A stretch of 64,000 nt of DNA from Callorhinchus milii. Its lineage: Eukaryota. Under the pieces are notes generated by a model. That model was not told the DNA's origin. It searched no databases and worked only from the letters and a program-made list of their open reading frames with translations. Position 1 is the first letter of the stretch; every line of letters starts with the position of its first letter. The stretch lies in NCBI RefSeq assembly GCF_018977255.1, contig NW_024704742.1:127412001-127476000 (forward strand), in the 5' to 3' direction. A program made the position numbers and the translations under genes. Positions 1 through 12,876 of this stretch are shown piece by piece.

Positions 1-525
1 GAGGACTCGGAGGAGGCCAGACCCAGAGGAACGGAGGCAACGGGTACTGTTTTGAGGAGAGAAGTCAGAGAGGTAGGGGGTTGCAGAGGAGTGCAGGGAC
101 TTGAATATAAGGGTGAGGATCTTGAAATTGATCCTCTCTGGGATAGGCAGCCAGTGCAGTCTGGCAAGGACTGGGGTGATCGGGAAGCGGAGTTTCGTAC
201 GGTGAGAATGCGGGCGGCAGAGTTTTGAATGATTTGGATTTTATGGATAGTGGTGGATGGGAGACTGGTGAGGAGGGCGTTAAGAGTATTCCAGCCGAGA
301 GGTAACAAAGGCATGGACCAGGGTTTCAGCGGCTTTTGGGGAGAGGTATTGGTGGAGACGGGCGATCCGTCGGAGGTGGAAGAAAGTGGTGCTGGTGAGG
401 GACCGGATATGGGAGAGGAAGGATAATTGGGGGTCGAACCTGACGTCTAGGTTGCGTTCGGGTTCGGAGAGTTTTAGGGGGAGGTCGGGTAGGTGGAGGA
501 GGTGAGAGCCGTGAGATTTTAGATG
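1..525 (-). mobile_element. Older L2 subfamily fragment
   Basis: Similar to 16740-17275. Confidence 0.85.
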
Positions 526-2033
526 TGATTCCTAAAATCTTAGATAGAATTTTAGATGAAATCTAAAACGAGATTTTAGATAAGATTCCACTCCTGTACA
601 GTACTTGGATGGTACAGTACAGAAGTGGATGTATGGAATTGGAGGGAGGAAGAAACTCCCTTCTCTTTTTGAAACTGTAGTGCTACAGGATCTTTAACAT
701 CCACCTGAACAGGCAGATGGTACCTCAGTTTAATGTCTCATCTGAAGGACGGCACCTCTGACAATGCAACACTCCCTCAGGACTGTATTGGAGTGTCAGT
801 TGAAGCTATGTGATTCCAAATCTTGACGTGGATCTTAAACCCACAACTTTCTGACTCAGATGTGAGAGTGCTACCACTGCACCAGGCTATTGCTATGGCT
901 AGATTATTACAATCTCCTCTGGACCACCTCTGCCACATACTCCTTCAGCTCTACAAATATGTTCCTCGTTGCACATTCTGAGATCAATGTCAGGAATGAA
1001 ATGCTTGTGTTCTAGATGAATTCATACTGCTGACCATTAACTCAAAAGGTGAAATGCATGGGTCAGCCCGATTACTTATGTGCGCTGTTACCAACAGATC
1101 ACAGGCAGAAAATATCTTCACGAAATGTTTCTCTCTCTATAAACAATATTTATTTGTCATTTTTAACTCAGTCTAATTTCCTACAAGTTGCAACTTCCAA
1201 TACACAACACCGCACGCCATTTTTACGCCATCATCTTCTACTCTGAAAGAAGTGGGGTCTCCTCGGAGCTGAACTGGCTACAAGGTGGCATACTTGGCAA
1301 AGAAATGTCAGAATCGAGTCTGTCAGTGGTTATAGTTGTCAGTGATTTGTCCCTCTGATTCAAGTCAGTCGTGTCCGAGCCAAGAGATCTCGATTAACAT
1401 TTTGCTTGTAATTGGGTTGATGTGTATAGGTAACATCCCTCACGTTAATAAATATTTTAGCATACACCGCACAAGACCACCACACCGCTTACATGATGAT
1501 TAACCTTCAGCGCCCAAAATCAGATTGTCCTACTTTATGAACACGCTTTTATTTTTCACAAACACGCCGTTGGTTCATTCCGTGCAGCCAAAGGGGCACG
1601 GAGCGCACACCGGGCACTTAGGAAAGGCTCAGAGAAAGGGCTGCTGCCACCGCTGCCAAAACAACACAACTGAAACTGAAACCGAAGCCGGAGGGCGGAG
1701 TGAACCTGGAAAGGGAACAATGTAACAGAATATTATTAATAAGAATAATAATCCTTGGATTTGGTATAGCGCCTTATCATGTCAGAATTCATCTATTTGT
1801 TGAACTTATTGGCTGTCATGGAGTCTAAACCTTTATTACACACAGGAGACTGACACCTGCAAAACCACTGACTGACTGTTTTGTTTTGTTTACTTCGTCA
1901 GCGGTTCCCCCCCCGCGGGCCCGGGTCTCCGCAGGGGGTCGGGGGGTGGGGAGACCGGCGAAAGCGGTCGCTGCCGCCGGTGCGGGCCGCGGGAGGGGGG
2001 AGAGTGAGGAGCGGTCACGGCCGTTGCCTGTAC

Positions 2034-2084
2034 CTGGGCTTTACTCGTCTGCTTAGGTTTCTTGGAGCGAACCACTTCCGCCAT
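2034..2084 (-). CDS. EPG5: Probable first coding exon MAEVVRSKKPKQTSKAQ, possibly EPG5 (autophagy tethering factor); rest of gene beyond the left edge
   Basis: Strong Kozak context (acgATGG) in a CpG island and donor CAG|gtacag. Resembles the basic EPG5 N-terminus (human MAEAVKPQRRAKAKASRTK, from memory), and EPG5 neighbours SLC14A genes in amniotes. Only 17 codons, and the donor is uncertain. Confidence 0.5.
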
Positions 2085-2201
2085 CGTCGGCCTCTGCGCG
2101 CAGGGCGAGTCACGAGGGGCGGGCGGGTCACGTGCGGCGTAACGGTCGCTCGCTCGCTCGCTCGCGCGGCTCCGAGCCAGCCAGCCCGGCGCGTGCGCAC
2201 C

Positions 2202-2360
2202 GAGCTCCCCGCCCACCCACGCGCAGTCCCGACCCAGCCCAGCGCAGGCGCACTGAGCTCACCGCCCACCCACGCGCAGTCCCGACCCAGCCCAGCGCAG
2301 GCGCACTGAGCTCCCCGCCCACCCACGCGCAGTCCCGACCCAGCCCAGCGCAGGCGCACT
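2202..2360 (+). repeat. 3 x 53-bp tandem repeat (gagctccccgcccacccacgcgcagtcccgacccagcccagcgcaggcgcact)
   Basis: Units at 2202, 2255 and 2308; one substitution in unit 2. Confidence 0.95.
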
Positions 2361-3205
2361 GAGCACGACGTCGTCCCTCCCACCCCCCCCCCCCCACCCC
2401 GACCCCCCCCCCCGTGTCCAGATTGGGTCAAAATTCAGTCAATAGGTTGTCCCTCCTCCTCTGCCTCCTCCCGGCTTCAGGTTGACGGACTTGGCCACAG
2501 ATTGCCGGGATTCGGCCAACCCTCTGCCGGTGGTCTCCACAACCACTTGTGTGTGTACAGCGCTCCCTCGCGTGGCGGAGGGGCCGCCGTGCCGTGCCGT
2601 GCCGTGCCGTGCCGTGCCGGGGTGGGGTTGGGGTGGGGGGTGGGGTGGGGTGGGGAGGTGGCCGTGGACGCGGCCGAAGAGGAAGGTCCTTCAGCGTCGA
2701 CTTGAAGTTGGGGAAGGAAGGGGTCGGGCGGAAGGATAGAGGAGGAGTGTTCCAAGGTTTCGGGGCTTACCGGCTGACAGGCGCGGCCACCGACGGTGGA
2801 ACGGAGGAGACGACGGACGTGCAGAGGCCGGAGCTAAATCGAGCGGCGGCAGCGCACAGTGAGCCGCGCGGGTCCGCCATACTCTGCTGGTGACAGATCA
2901 GCCAGAACCAGTTGCGGAGAAGGAATTCATTCCCACTCAGCTCCTGTTAACCCCGCAATCCAAAGCCCTAATGGCTAGGGTGGTCCGAGCTGGACAAGCA
3001 GCGGGAAAGCTTGCCAAACGGTGTTCACAGTGGCAAGCTACGTGTTTTTCAAAAACACGTTAAACTCCAGCAGTACCCCCAACGCATACTGGTCTGCAAG
3101 TCTTGGCTCTTGCTAGCTGACCAAACAAAAGGGTGGACTGATAATTATTTTAAAATTGGTTGTGGCTGGGCTTTCTATTAACAATACAACTTGCATTCAT
3201 ACAGC

Positions 3206-3527
3206 ATAATAATAATAATCCTTGCATTTAATATAGCGCTTTTCACGTCGGGAGGACGTCCCAAAGCGCTTCACAGAACACACTGTAAAGTGAATTGACT
3301 GTATATTTGTGGGCGAACGCGGCAGCCAATTGTGCACATCAATGTCCCATGAACAATCGTAGATTGAAAATGACCAATTTATTATTGTTTTTTGTTTTGG
3401 AGGGATTATTATTAGGCTCTGTGTGGAGTAAGGAAACTTGCCCAACGTTTCGCCCTCTGCCTGGAATTGAACTCAGGTCTCTCACTTGCAAAGCGAGTGC
3501 TCTAATCACTGAGCTACAGGACTCCAC
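3206..3527 (-). mobile_element. tRNA-Ala SINE copy
   Basis: Reverse complement of the 47072 family. Confidence 0.92.
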
Positions 3528-3691
3528 ATCCTCCACATAGTGTAAAGCTTTGAGCACTGTACAAAGATGGGATAATAATAATAATAATCCTTGCATTTGA
3601 TATAGCGCCTTATCACGTCTTTGAATCCCCTCAAAGCGCTTCATGGAACATACTGTAAAGTGAATTGACTATATTTTGTAGGCAAAACACA

Positions 3692-4166
3692 GCAACAACA
3701 ACAAGATTCCATTTATAGAGCGCCTTTCACGTCGGGAGGACGTCCCAAGGCGCTGGACAGTTGGGTCAGGACCCGAGCAGGGGGGAAATGGTCAGGGTGA
3801 GGGGAGGGAAGGGAGGGAGCGAGGAGGGGGTAGAGAGTCGAGAGGGGAGCTGAAGGCACCGTCAAAGAGAAAGGTCTTGAGACCGACCTTGAAGGAGGAA
3901 AGGGAGGAAGCGGCGAAGGCACTGGGGGACAGAGTTCCAGAGCCTCAGGGCTGAGAGGCTGAAGGCCCAGACACCGATGGTAGGGCGGTTGGGGCGGGGG
4001 ATGTGGAGCAGACCGGAACCAGAGGAACGGAGGGTACGGGCAGGTAAGTAGGGGGATAGTAGGTTGGAGAGGTAGGAGGGAGCGAGGCCGTGAATGGCCT
4101 TGTAGGTGAGGATGAGGATCTTGAATTCGATCCTCTGGAGGATGGGAAGCCAGTGGAGACGAGCAG
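3692..4166 (-). mobile_element. L2 3' fragment inserted in a SINE
   Basis: LHWLPI...GLAPSYL...LWNS; shared 3' stem-loop and CAA tail. Confidence 0.9.
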
Positions 4167-4869
4167 TAGGTGCCGTGCAAATGAGAGAAGGCAAATGTTG
4201 CCATGAGTGGTTGAAGAGAGGTGGCATGTAAGTTGTGGGTGTGTGGAGACAGGGCGAGATGGAGGGGTAGAGGGTGGGTATTCCAGAGGCTAAAAGAGTA
4301 GACTCCGAAGGCTTGGTTATCGACGAAGGCTCAAGAGAGGGTGAGAAACATGCAGCAAGCCACAGTTTGCTGAGTAGAGGGGCAAGCAAAGGAGCGGGTA
4401 GGAGAAGATCGGAGTGATAAGGAGCTAGATAAACTTTATTTTAGTTTCTGCTTAATTGTTTGTTTAGTTATTTATTAGAGCATATTTAATATATATGTAG
4501 TGTATTTTCGATGAGTAGGAGCTGTAAATAGATACCAGTACTAGATACTAGGTACAGTTGTAAAGTAAATAGAGAAATATGTATTAGTGAGAGAGGAAGG
4601 TGTCTTGGTATCCCCACATCAGCAAGTGTTCAATAAATTGATAAAACCTGAGGCATTAGAGATGGCATCTTAGCTCATTGGTAACCTGTGTGGTCTTTTA
4701 GCATGTAGTCTAGTTGATGAATTGTCAGATGTACCATCCTTCAGGTGAGAAGTTAAACTGAAATACTATCTAGCTGTTCAGGTGAACGATGAAGATTTCA
4801 TGGACAATTCAAAAGGATAAGGGCGTTAATAATTATCCAGATAAAATTGGTCGTTCACTTTAAGACAGT

Positions 4870-5252
4870 TAATAATAATAATCCTTGCATTTGATATAGC
4901 GCCTTATCACATCTTCGAAACGTTTCAAAGCACTTCAAAGAATATATCACAAAGTAAATTGACCTTATATCTGTGGGTGAAACACAGCAGCCAATTGTGC
5001 ACAGCAGGGCTCCATAAACAGTTGTGGATTAAGGGACCAAATTTTTAAAACATTTTTTTTGGAGGGATTATTTTATTACCCTTGGGAAAAGCAATCCACT
5101 AATTGACTAACAACCGGGTTCCTACTTACTGCTTGGTAAACAGGCGTGTGGAGTAAGAAAACTTGCCTAAGGTTTCGCCCTCCTTGGGAATCGAACCCCG
5201 GTCCTCTCGCTTGCGAGGCGAATGCTCTAACCACTAAGCTACAAAACTCCAC
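4870..5252 (-). mobile_element. tRNA-Ala SINE copy (long subtype)
   Basis: Same head and tail plus an extra tgtttacc.agcagtaagtaggaacc segment. Confidence 0.88.
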
Positions 5253-6151
5253 ATGTTTGAGATGTACCAGAACAAAGCTATTTGACGTTTAGTTCATCTA
5301 TTCCCTGGTAAATACTAATGGAAACAGTAATGGACACGGCTTGTTTAAAACTTTTATTTCACTTTTGGAAAGCAGAATTTAATTACTCACTTTGGACTGG
5401 TGTGGTTACAATTGTTATACATTGTTATACAAAAACAAAATGCTCCCTCTGGTGCCTGTTGTAGGAAACACCGTCAATAAGAATTATTGTCATCAATTTT
5501 CAAAACAAATCAATTTGAAATTGTTTCATCAATTTAAACTTACGGAACAAATGGATCCTTTTGGAAATATTGAAATTACGTCCTTACATAATGCTAACAC
5601 GCAACTTAGTTTGCATGTGTAGTTTTGCTTTCTTAGTATACTGTAAGATAAGAACCCAAACTATACCAAACACTCGTGTTGTGGTTGACAAGTGATGGTG
5701 TGTGCCCTGTACAGAATTCAAGGATAAATAGTACCATACAAATATAGATTTTGCGGTACGTCTGTCAAGGGTTAAACAGAAGTAACACAACAATAAGGTA
5801 CAAACTTAAAATACGAGGGAAAGTTTTATGAAATAACTCCTAACACTTGGATGGAATACTATCCTGAACAAATACAGATCAACAATTTGAACACGGAACC
5901 AATTGATTCTTCCTTTGTATTTTTAGATACTGTATATAGGACACAGAACACAGAATGTGGAATTGAACCAGTTGTGTGTTTTACTGAGATTTTTGGGAGG
6001 AGAGGAGTCATTTTTATTAAAATTAAGTCTCTTTCATCATTTCCTCAATTGTCTTGGTTGTCTGAGTGGATTGGCCCTCTTTTGAGGTGGGGGAGGGTCT
6101 GAATTATAACTCTTTTACGTACATTTCCAGAAGGAAGTAAATTAACACTGT

Positions 6152-7395
6152 AACAACAACAACAACAACAACAAGATTCCATTTATAGAGCGCCTTTCAC
6201 GTCAGGAGGACGTCCCAAGGCGCTGCACAGTTGGGTCATGACCCGAGCAGGGGGGAAATGGTCAGGGTGAGGGGAGGGAAGGGAGGGAGCGAGGAGGGGG
6301 AAATGGTCAGGGTGAGGGGAGGGAAGGGAGGGAGAGAGGAGGGGGGAAATGGTCAGGGTGAGGGGAGGGAAGGGAGGGAGCGAGGAGGAGGAAGAGAGTC
6401 GAGAGGGGAGCTGAAGGCACGGTCAAAGAGAAAGGTTTTGAGACCGGCCTTGAAGGAGGAAAGGGAGGAAGCAAGGCGAAGGCACTGGGGGATGGAGTTC
6501 CAGAGCCTCGGGGCTGAGAGGCTGAAGGCCCGACCACCGATAGTAGGGCGGTTGGGGCGGGGGACGTGGAGCAGACCGGAGCCAGAGGAACGGAGGGTAC
6601 GGGCAGGTAGGTAGGGGGATAGTAGGTTGGAGAGGTAGGAGGGAGCAAGGCCGTGAATGGCCTTGTAGGTGAGGATGAGGATCTTGAAATCAATCCTCTG
6701 GGGGATGGGGAGCCAGTGGAGGCGAGCGAGGGTGGGAGTGATGTGATCGCGAAGCCTGGTGCGGGACAGTACACGAGCTGCAGAGTTCTGAATGACCTGC
6801 AGCTTGTGGAGGGAGGTGGCGGGAAGGCCGGCGAGGAGAGAGTTCCCATAGTCCAGCCTTGAGGTGACAAAGGCGTGAACCAGGGTTTCAGCAGCGTGAG
6901 GGGTGAGGTAGTGCCGTAATCTGGCGATATTCCGGAGGTGATGGAAGGCGGTGCCAGTTGTGGTGCGGATGTGAGGGAGAAAGGACAGCTCAGGGTCGAA
7001 CAAAACGCCGAGGTTCCTGACTGGCTTTGAGAGGTGGAGAGTGCAGCCTTGGATGCTGATGGTGTCAGCGCCTGAGGTGCGGAGGCGCTGACGTGAGCCA
7101 ATCAGGAGGGCCTCGGTTTTTGCACGTTGAGCTGAAGAAAGTTGTCTCTCGTCCAGGACTCGATGTCGGACAGGCAGGCTGTCAGGACATCGGTGGTCGT
7201 GGAGTTGAGAGTAGAGGAGGAAAGGTAGAGTTGGGTGTCATCCGCATACATGTGGAAGTTAACCCCATGTTTGCGGATGATGTCACCAAGGGGGAGCATA
7301 TAGAGGGTGAAGAGGAGGGGACCAAGGACAGAGCCCTGAGGGACACCACATGAGACAGTACGGGGGGTGGAGGAGAAGCCATTCGTTGAGACGAC
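6152..7395 (-). mobile_element. 5'-truncated young L2, same subfamily as 25708-29181
   Basis: Near-identical RT C-terminus (YADDTQ...FDRAFSS); (CAA)n at the left end; three copies of the ~43-bp 3'UTR repeat. Confidence 0.95.
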
Positions 7396-7929
7396 AACAA
7401 AAACAACAACAAAAGCTTGAACTTATACAGAACCTTCTAAGCAAATGTGTCAAAGCAAATTACAAGCATGGTGTGGTAAGGAGGGTAAGGGATAATTGAG
7501 GGTCTGGTTGAAGGAGTAGGTTTTTAGAAGAGTTTGAAGGCAGTGATGGAGGGTCTGAGGTAGAGGGATTTGGGGAGAGAATTCCAAAGATCAGAGCATA
7601 GTGGCTAAAATATTGGCCGCTGATGATGGAGTGTGAAACATGCCACAGAGTTTGCATAGTAGAGGAAGTGGATGGAAGAGTGGGACTGGAGGAGACCGCA
7701 GAAATAGGACACTGGCAAGGACACTTGGAGAAACTCCCTTCTCTTCTTGAATATTGCTTTAGGATCTTTAACGTTGATCTGAACAGACAGATGAGACCTT
7801 GGTTTAACATCTCATCCAAAGGATTGCACCTCCAATAATGCAGCAACAACAAATTATATTTGTATAGCGCCTTTTACATTGGTGGGACGTCCCAAGCCTC
7901 TGCGTGCTACAAGCCTCCAGTACCACAGT

Positions 7930-9075
7930 CTGCAGGAAATTTACGCTCATCAGCTCTTGATGTCTGACAGACAAGCTGACAGAACATCAAGGAACTGGGG
8001 GTCGCAGCTGGAGGTGGAAAAGTAGAGTTGAGTGTCATCCGCATACATGTAGAAATGTAAGAAATGTAGTGCTGGCTCCTGGACCTTTTGCTGCGTTCGA
8101 CACAGTCAATCATGCCATCACACCTGTCCTCCATCTTCCACCTCAGTGGGACCGCACTCGCTTGGTTCGATTCCTACCTTACAAACTGCCAGCATTACAT
8201 TTCTGCAAATGGCTTTTCTTCTTGCTTCCTCCTGGTCACCTGCGGAGTACCCCATGGATCCATCCTTGGCCCCCTTCTCTTCCTCATCTATTGCTCCCTC
8301 TCAGTGAATTCATCTGCAGATACGGGATTAATTGCAGACCTCCTGAATCTACCCGACCTGACCTTAAAACTCTCCAAACCCGTGCGCAACTTAGATGTCA
8401 GGTTCGATCCCAGTTATCCTTCCTCCCCCACATCCGGTCCCCGACCAGCATTGCTTTCTTCCACCTTCGCCACATTGCCCATCGCTGACAATACCTCACC
8501 CCAAAAGCTGCCGAAAGCCTTATCCATTCTTTGTTACCTCTCGGCTGGACTACTCTAATGCCCTCCTTGCCGGTCTCCCCTCAGATAATTCAAAACTCCA
8601 CCACCCACATTCTCACCTGCACCAAACTTCGTACCCCATTATGCCAGTCCTTGTCAAACTCCACTGGCTCCCTGTCACACAGCGAATTGACTTCAAGATG
8701 CTCACTCTAGTAGTTAAATCCCTCCATTCCTTGGCACCCCCCTATCGCTCTAACCTCCTCTCTTCCCACAGCAGCACGCTCTGCCTCCGCTCTACTGGGT
8801 CCAGCCCCCTCTGTATTCCCCGTATCCTCTGCTCCACCATCGGCAGCCATGCCTTCAGCCACTAATCCCTGAAATTTTGGAACTCCCTCCCTCAAGCCCT
8901 TCGCCTCGGCCCCTCATTCCCCATCTTCAAGTTGCACCTGAAGACCTTCCTCTTTGACCACGCCTACGGTCACTTTCCCTCCACCCCTGGTTCGGCCTCG
9001 GGCTCTGCCATTGTTAAGCGCTCTGAGATGCTGCCCGGCGTGGAGGGCACTATATAAATGCAAGTTGTTGTCGTT
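7930..9075 (+). mobile_element. Degenerate L2 (8080-9075 +) preceded by a short inverted piece (7930-8050 -)
   Basis: [29 protein letters not shown] motifs; L2 tail. Confidence 0.85.
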
Positions 9076-11369
9076 AATGCTGATAGACTAGGTTTCTAGT
9101 TTTATTTCATATTTCCAACAATGCAATTAATTGTTCTTTTCATACTCAACATCAATTAGGGAATTTCTGCAAGATTTTGTAGAGAAGTAAATTATATTGC
9201 GACTCTCACAAGCCAAGCCATTTTCTGGATACATATTTTGGAGAGTAAATACATGCTGTAAATACAAAGTGTATGTATTTAGAGTCTTAAGCATGCATTT
9301 TTACCTTCTGAAATCACACCATTTGCTAAGTCTCCTTTATACTATATATTGCATTGTGAACACCTTTCAAAAGCTCTGAACAGTGGACAAGACTTTACAA
9401 AACTTACACACACTTCATGGATGTTTATTATACATTTATTATACATAGATTATACGTCAAGCCACATTACAAAGTGTTCTCAAAATTACATGTTTTGGCC
9501 AATAACATTATCAAAAAATACAGAAACCAATTAATACCAGAGATAGAATTTGTATAATGTCCTGTATATTTAATAGTCAAGTTTTCATATATTGTAAATA
9601 CTAATAAATATTGCATGGGCAATAGATATTTTTTACACCTGACTTTTTTGCAAAAGCTTTTTACAATGCATTGCGAAAAACCATATATTTTTTAAAAAAT
9701 GTATAATTCATGGTTCACTGGTTGCCATCTGTTGGTGAAAAAGTAATTCAAATCGTAAGATGTAAAATAGTCAGAAACCTGTGTGAAATATTTATACAAA
9801 ATGTAATGAGAATTTCATACTCATTGTCAGTACAAAACAAACCTCAGAATTCTTCCTACTTCAAACAAGAGACAGGTTTAGCCATTTAGTGGCAAGTGCC
9901 AACTCTGGTGCTAATTATCATTGCTGAAAATAGCAGTTACAGGTTTGACTTACCTCCACCCCCCACTCCTGACTTCAGCATGATGGTTGTGTCGGAAGCT
10001 ATTAGAATTGTAGGCCATGGGGTCATTTGAATGCTGATGTGCCCTGGCTACCAGTTTATAAGATTATTTTTTGTTGAGTTAAAATACTATTTTGGGAATC
10101 ACCATTCAAATGCTCCACTCCATAGTGTGGGCAGCAGCTTTGGGCCCAACCATTGTGCTTTAATTGGCAACTGAGGGGATGGGTTAGTTGGGGTGGGATA
10201 TGGGGTGTCACTGGGCTGAAGCACATTTACTGCCAGTGATCAATTTCACATCCAAAAGTACAATTTTCACATCAAACAGCACAATTTTCACCATTTGAAA
10301 TATAAAACATAATAAGAAAGCATTGCATGAGCACGAGAAACGAGAAAAGGTATTTGGCCCCCTCGCTCCCTCATCTAACACAATCTCTGTCATGGACCTC
10401 ATCACCCCATCCACTCTATCTCCCTAAACTCCCAAAGTCAGTGATGCAAAAACTCTACAATATACTCTATAATCTCTATAACCCCAAAATTAAACCTGCC
10501 TTCAAACTTCACATACTGTGGTCCAACTGGCGGCCCACTAATGAGCCTGTTGTAAATAAAACATTAGATGGTACTTGAAAGGAGGGAAAAATTGAACACT
10601 TACAGAAATAGGGAAAATAAGGCACTTATCCATAGGAGGAAAGTCATGAAAAATCTGTTCTTTAAAAAAAACTGACCTGGTAGACAGGATGTATTATATA
10701 TTCAGTGGATATATTTACATTTTAGGTAAGCTTTTTCTGGAAGATTGTTCTGCGTGGTTGGAACTCATGGAACAAGGGAGAGCTTCTGAATTGGATTGAA
10801 AATTGTCTGAATCAGAGAACCAAAGCGTAGCTGTGTAGGGATCTGATTAGCATGAAGTGATAAGTGTAATGCAAAATGCCTTAGTCCTTGGATCATTATT
10901 GCTTACGTTATATATAATACAGATAGAGCTATCACAATTTACGGATGAAACTGATTAAAAAAAGCAAATCTTGTGCTGAGAAATGATTGTTTTCAGGCTC
11001 CTAGCCACTAGGTAAGCATGCCTCTGACCATGTCTGGAGAGAAGTTGCAGATTGATCTTAAAATAAAAGTTCTCGATTTCCAAAGACTTACTTTGCAATA
11101 ACAGATGTTTCAGGGCGAATTGTTTTCAGAATTCCTATGGTTACAATATCAATCTGCCTCAGTTATCATGTAACACAAATGGTTCTGGGTCAAAACTTAG
11201 AATTTAAGCTGACATTCCAGTACAGTTCTGGGGATGTGTTGTGTTATAGGCGTTCGCCTACAAAATACACGACTATTCCACCTCTTTGTTGTTTATGGGC
11301 TGTTGTCGATGCTGATAGGTACCATGTTTGCCTACATAATATTCAACAAAGTAACTCTTTGTATGAAGT

Positions 11370-11842
11370 GCGTGAGGTGATCCTATCACCCCATCATCGC
11401 TGGGCTCCACTGGTTCCCCATCCCCCAGAGGATATAGTTCAAAAACCTCGTCCTCCCCTTCAAAACCCTCCACAGTCTTTCTCCTCCCTACTTCTGTGAC
11501 CTGCTAACTCCATGTCGACCTGTTCACTCCCTTTGCTCAGGGGGCTCCGACCTGCTCCATGTCCCCCACCCGGCCCTCCCCACCATCAAGTCTGGCCTTC
11601 AGCCTCTCTGCCCTCACCCTTTGGAACTTTATTCCACAGTCCCTTTGCCTTGCTCCCTCCCTTGCCTACTTCAAAGCATGTCTCAAGACCCTTCTCTTCC
11701 ACAGTGCCTTTGGCCACCCGCCTACGCCTACGCTTCCTGCCCTCCATCCCTCCCAATCTCAACCCCCAGCTTTGGGTCCAAATCCCAGACTGTCCTCCCG
11801 ACGTTCAAAGATGCTACAAATGTAATTTGTTGTTGTTGTTCT
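11370..11842 (+). mobile_element. Degenerate L2 3' fragment
   Basis: AFSLSALTLWN...FKACLKTLLF; tail with gtt repeats. Confidence 0.8.
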
Positions 11843-12577
11843 TGAGATCTTTTGACATGGTAAGATGATAATTCAAATGCTTTTTTTTATTATTTATGCA
11901 TCAGTTCTTTTATGGCAGTTTGTTACCTGCTTTGTATTTCACTCAAAGGCAATTCTGTTCTGACTGACACAATAATGCAATACAATTTACATTTATATAG
12001 CACCTTTCATGTTGGGAGAATGTCTCAAAGCGCTTGACATTGATGCTATTTTGAAAGGAATGTTTGGAATAAAAAACAAGATAACTTGCTGTTTGGTTGA
12101 ATTTGTAACAGTTTTAAGTGTCCTTATAATGTTTCTTCTTCATTCAAAATCCTCCAAACACTCCTGGAGTTCCAGTTAACTGCATTCAGTATAGCCTAAC
12201 CAAGGGAACAAAAATCAGTGGTAATATCCCCTTCAAGAAATAGTGATGTCATGCCCTTTCGGACGTTATTGACTATGTCAACCTGGGTTGATACTAAGCT
12301 ATGAATTGCCTGACAGCTTGTGGAATATATACTATGATATTATTATCTTGTGGGCAATAAATTCTCCAACAAAATCAATCCTCTTTCTATTCATTGTACT
12401 AGAAATTCCCAGACAACTATGGAACAAAACAAATTTCAATTTGTTGTAAACTGGCTACTAGAGTAGCCACAAAATTGTAAGAAACAATATTGCTTTGATC
12501 TGTCTAAAACCAAATACTGTCGATAGTACTTGTGGTTAGAGCCTACGCACACACAGTTATCCTCTTCTATCTATTTT

Positions 12578-12876
12578 GTGGAGTCCTGCAGTTCAGCGGT
12601 TAGAGCACTTATCTTGCAAACAAGACACCTGGGTTCCATTCCAGGCAGAGCGAAACCTTGGGCAAGTTTCCTTACTCCACACGCCTAATAACAATCCCTC
12701 CAAAACAAAACAATAAATTGGTCATTTTCAATCCACGACTCTGCGCAATTGGCTGCTGCGTTTCGTCCACAAATATACAGTGAATTCACTTTACAGTATA
12801 CTCCGTGAAGTGCTTTGTGACGTCAAGAAGACGTGAAAAGCGCTATATCAAACGCAAGGATTATTATATTATTATT
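12578..12876 (+). mobile_element. tRNA-Ala SINE copy
   Basis: gtggagtcctgcagttcagcggttagagc head; att tail. Confidence 0.88.

Larger units (their letters stand above)
1880..2900. promoter_or_regulatory. CpG island promoter with GC boxes, NRF1-like sites, CLEAR/E-box GTCACGTG (2127-2134), ETS/YY1 motif ACTTCCGCCAT at the start codon
   Basis: Very high GC and CpG density against an AT-rich background; motifs read directly. Confidence 0.85.

Noticed and set aside
505..630. Scrambled short inverted repeats at the L2 5' junction
   Set aside because: Consistent with insertion or repair scars; no sign of function.
2202..2360. CRISPR-like array
   Set aside because: Contiguous tandem units without unique spacers, in a eukaryotic context with no cas genes.
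2771..2880. Minus-strand ATG (MADPRGSLC...) with a strong donor CCG|gtaagc, resembling a first exon
   Set aside because: The sequence aligns to an L2 3' relic and the peptide resembles nothing I recognise; CCGCCAT is also a common YY1 motif.
6231..7412. Ser/Pro-rich and Gly/Arg-rich ORFs overlapping L2 copies (also at 21573, 28280, 41209)
   Set aside because: Alternative-frame and antisense shadows of the C-rich L2 ORF2.
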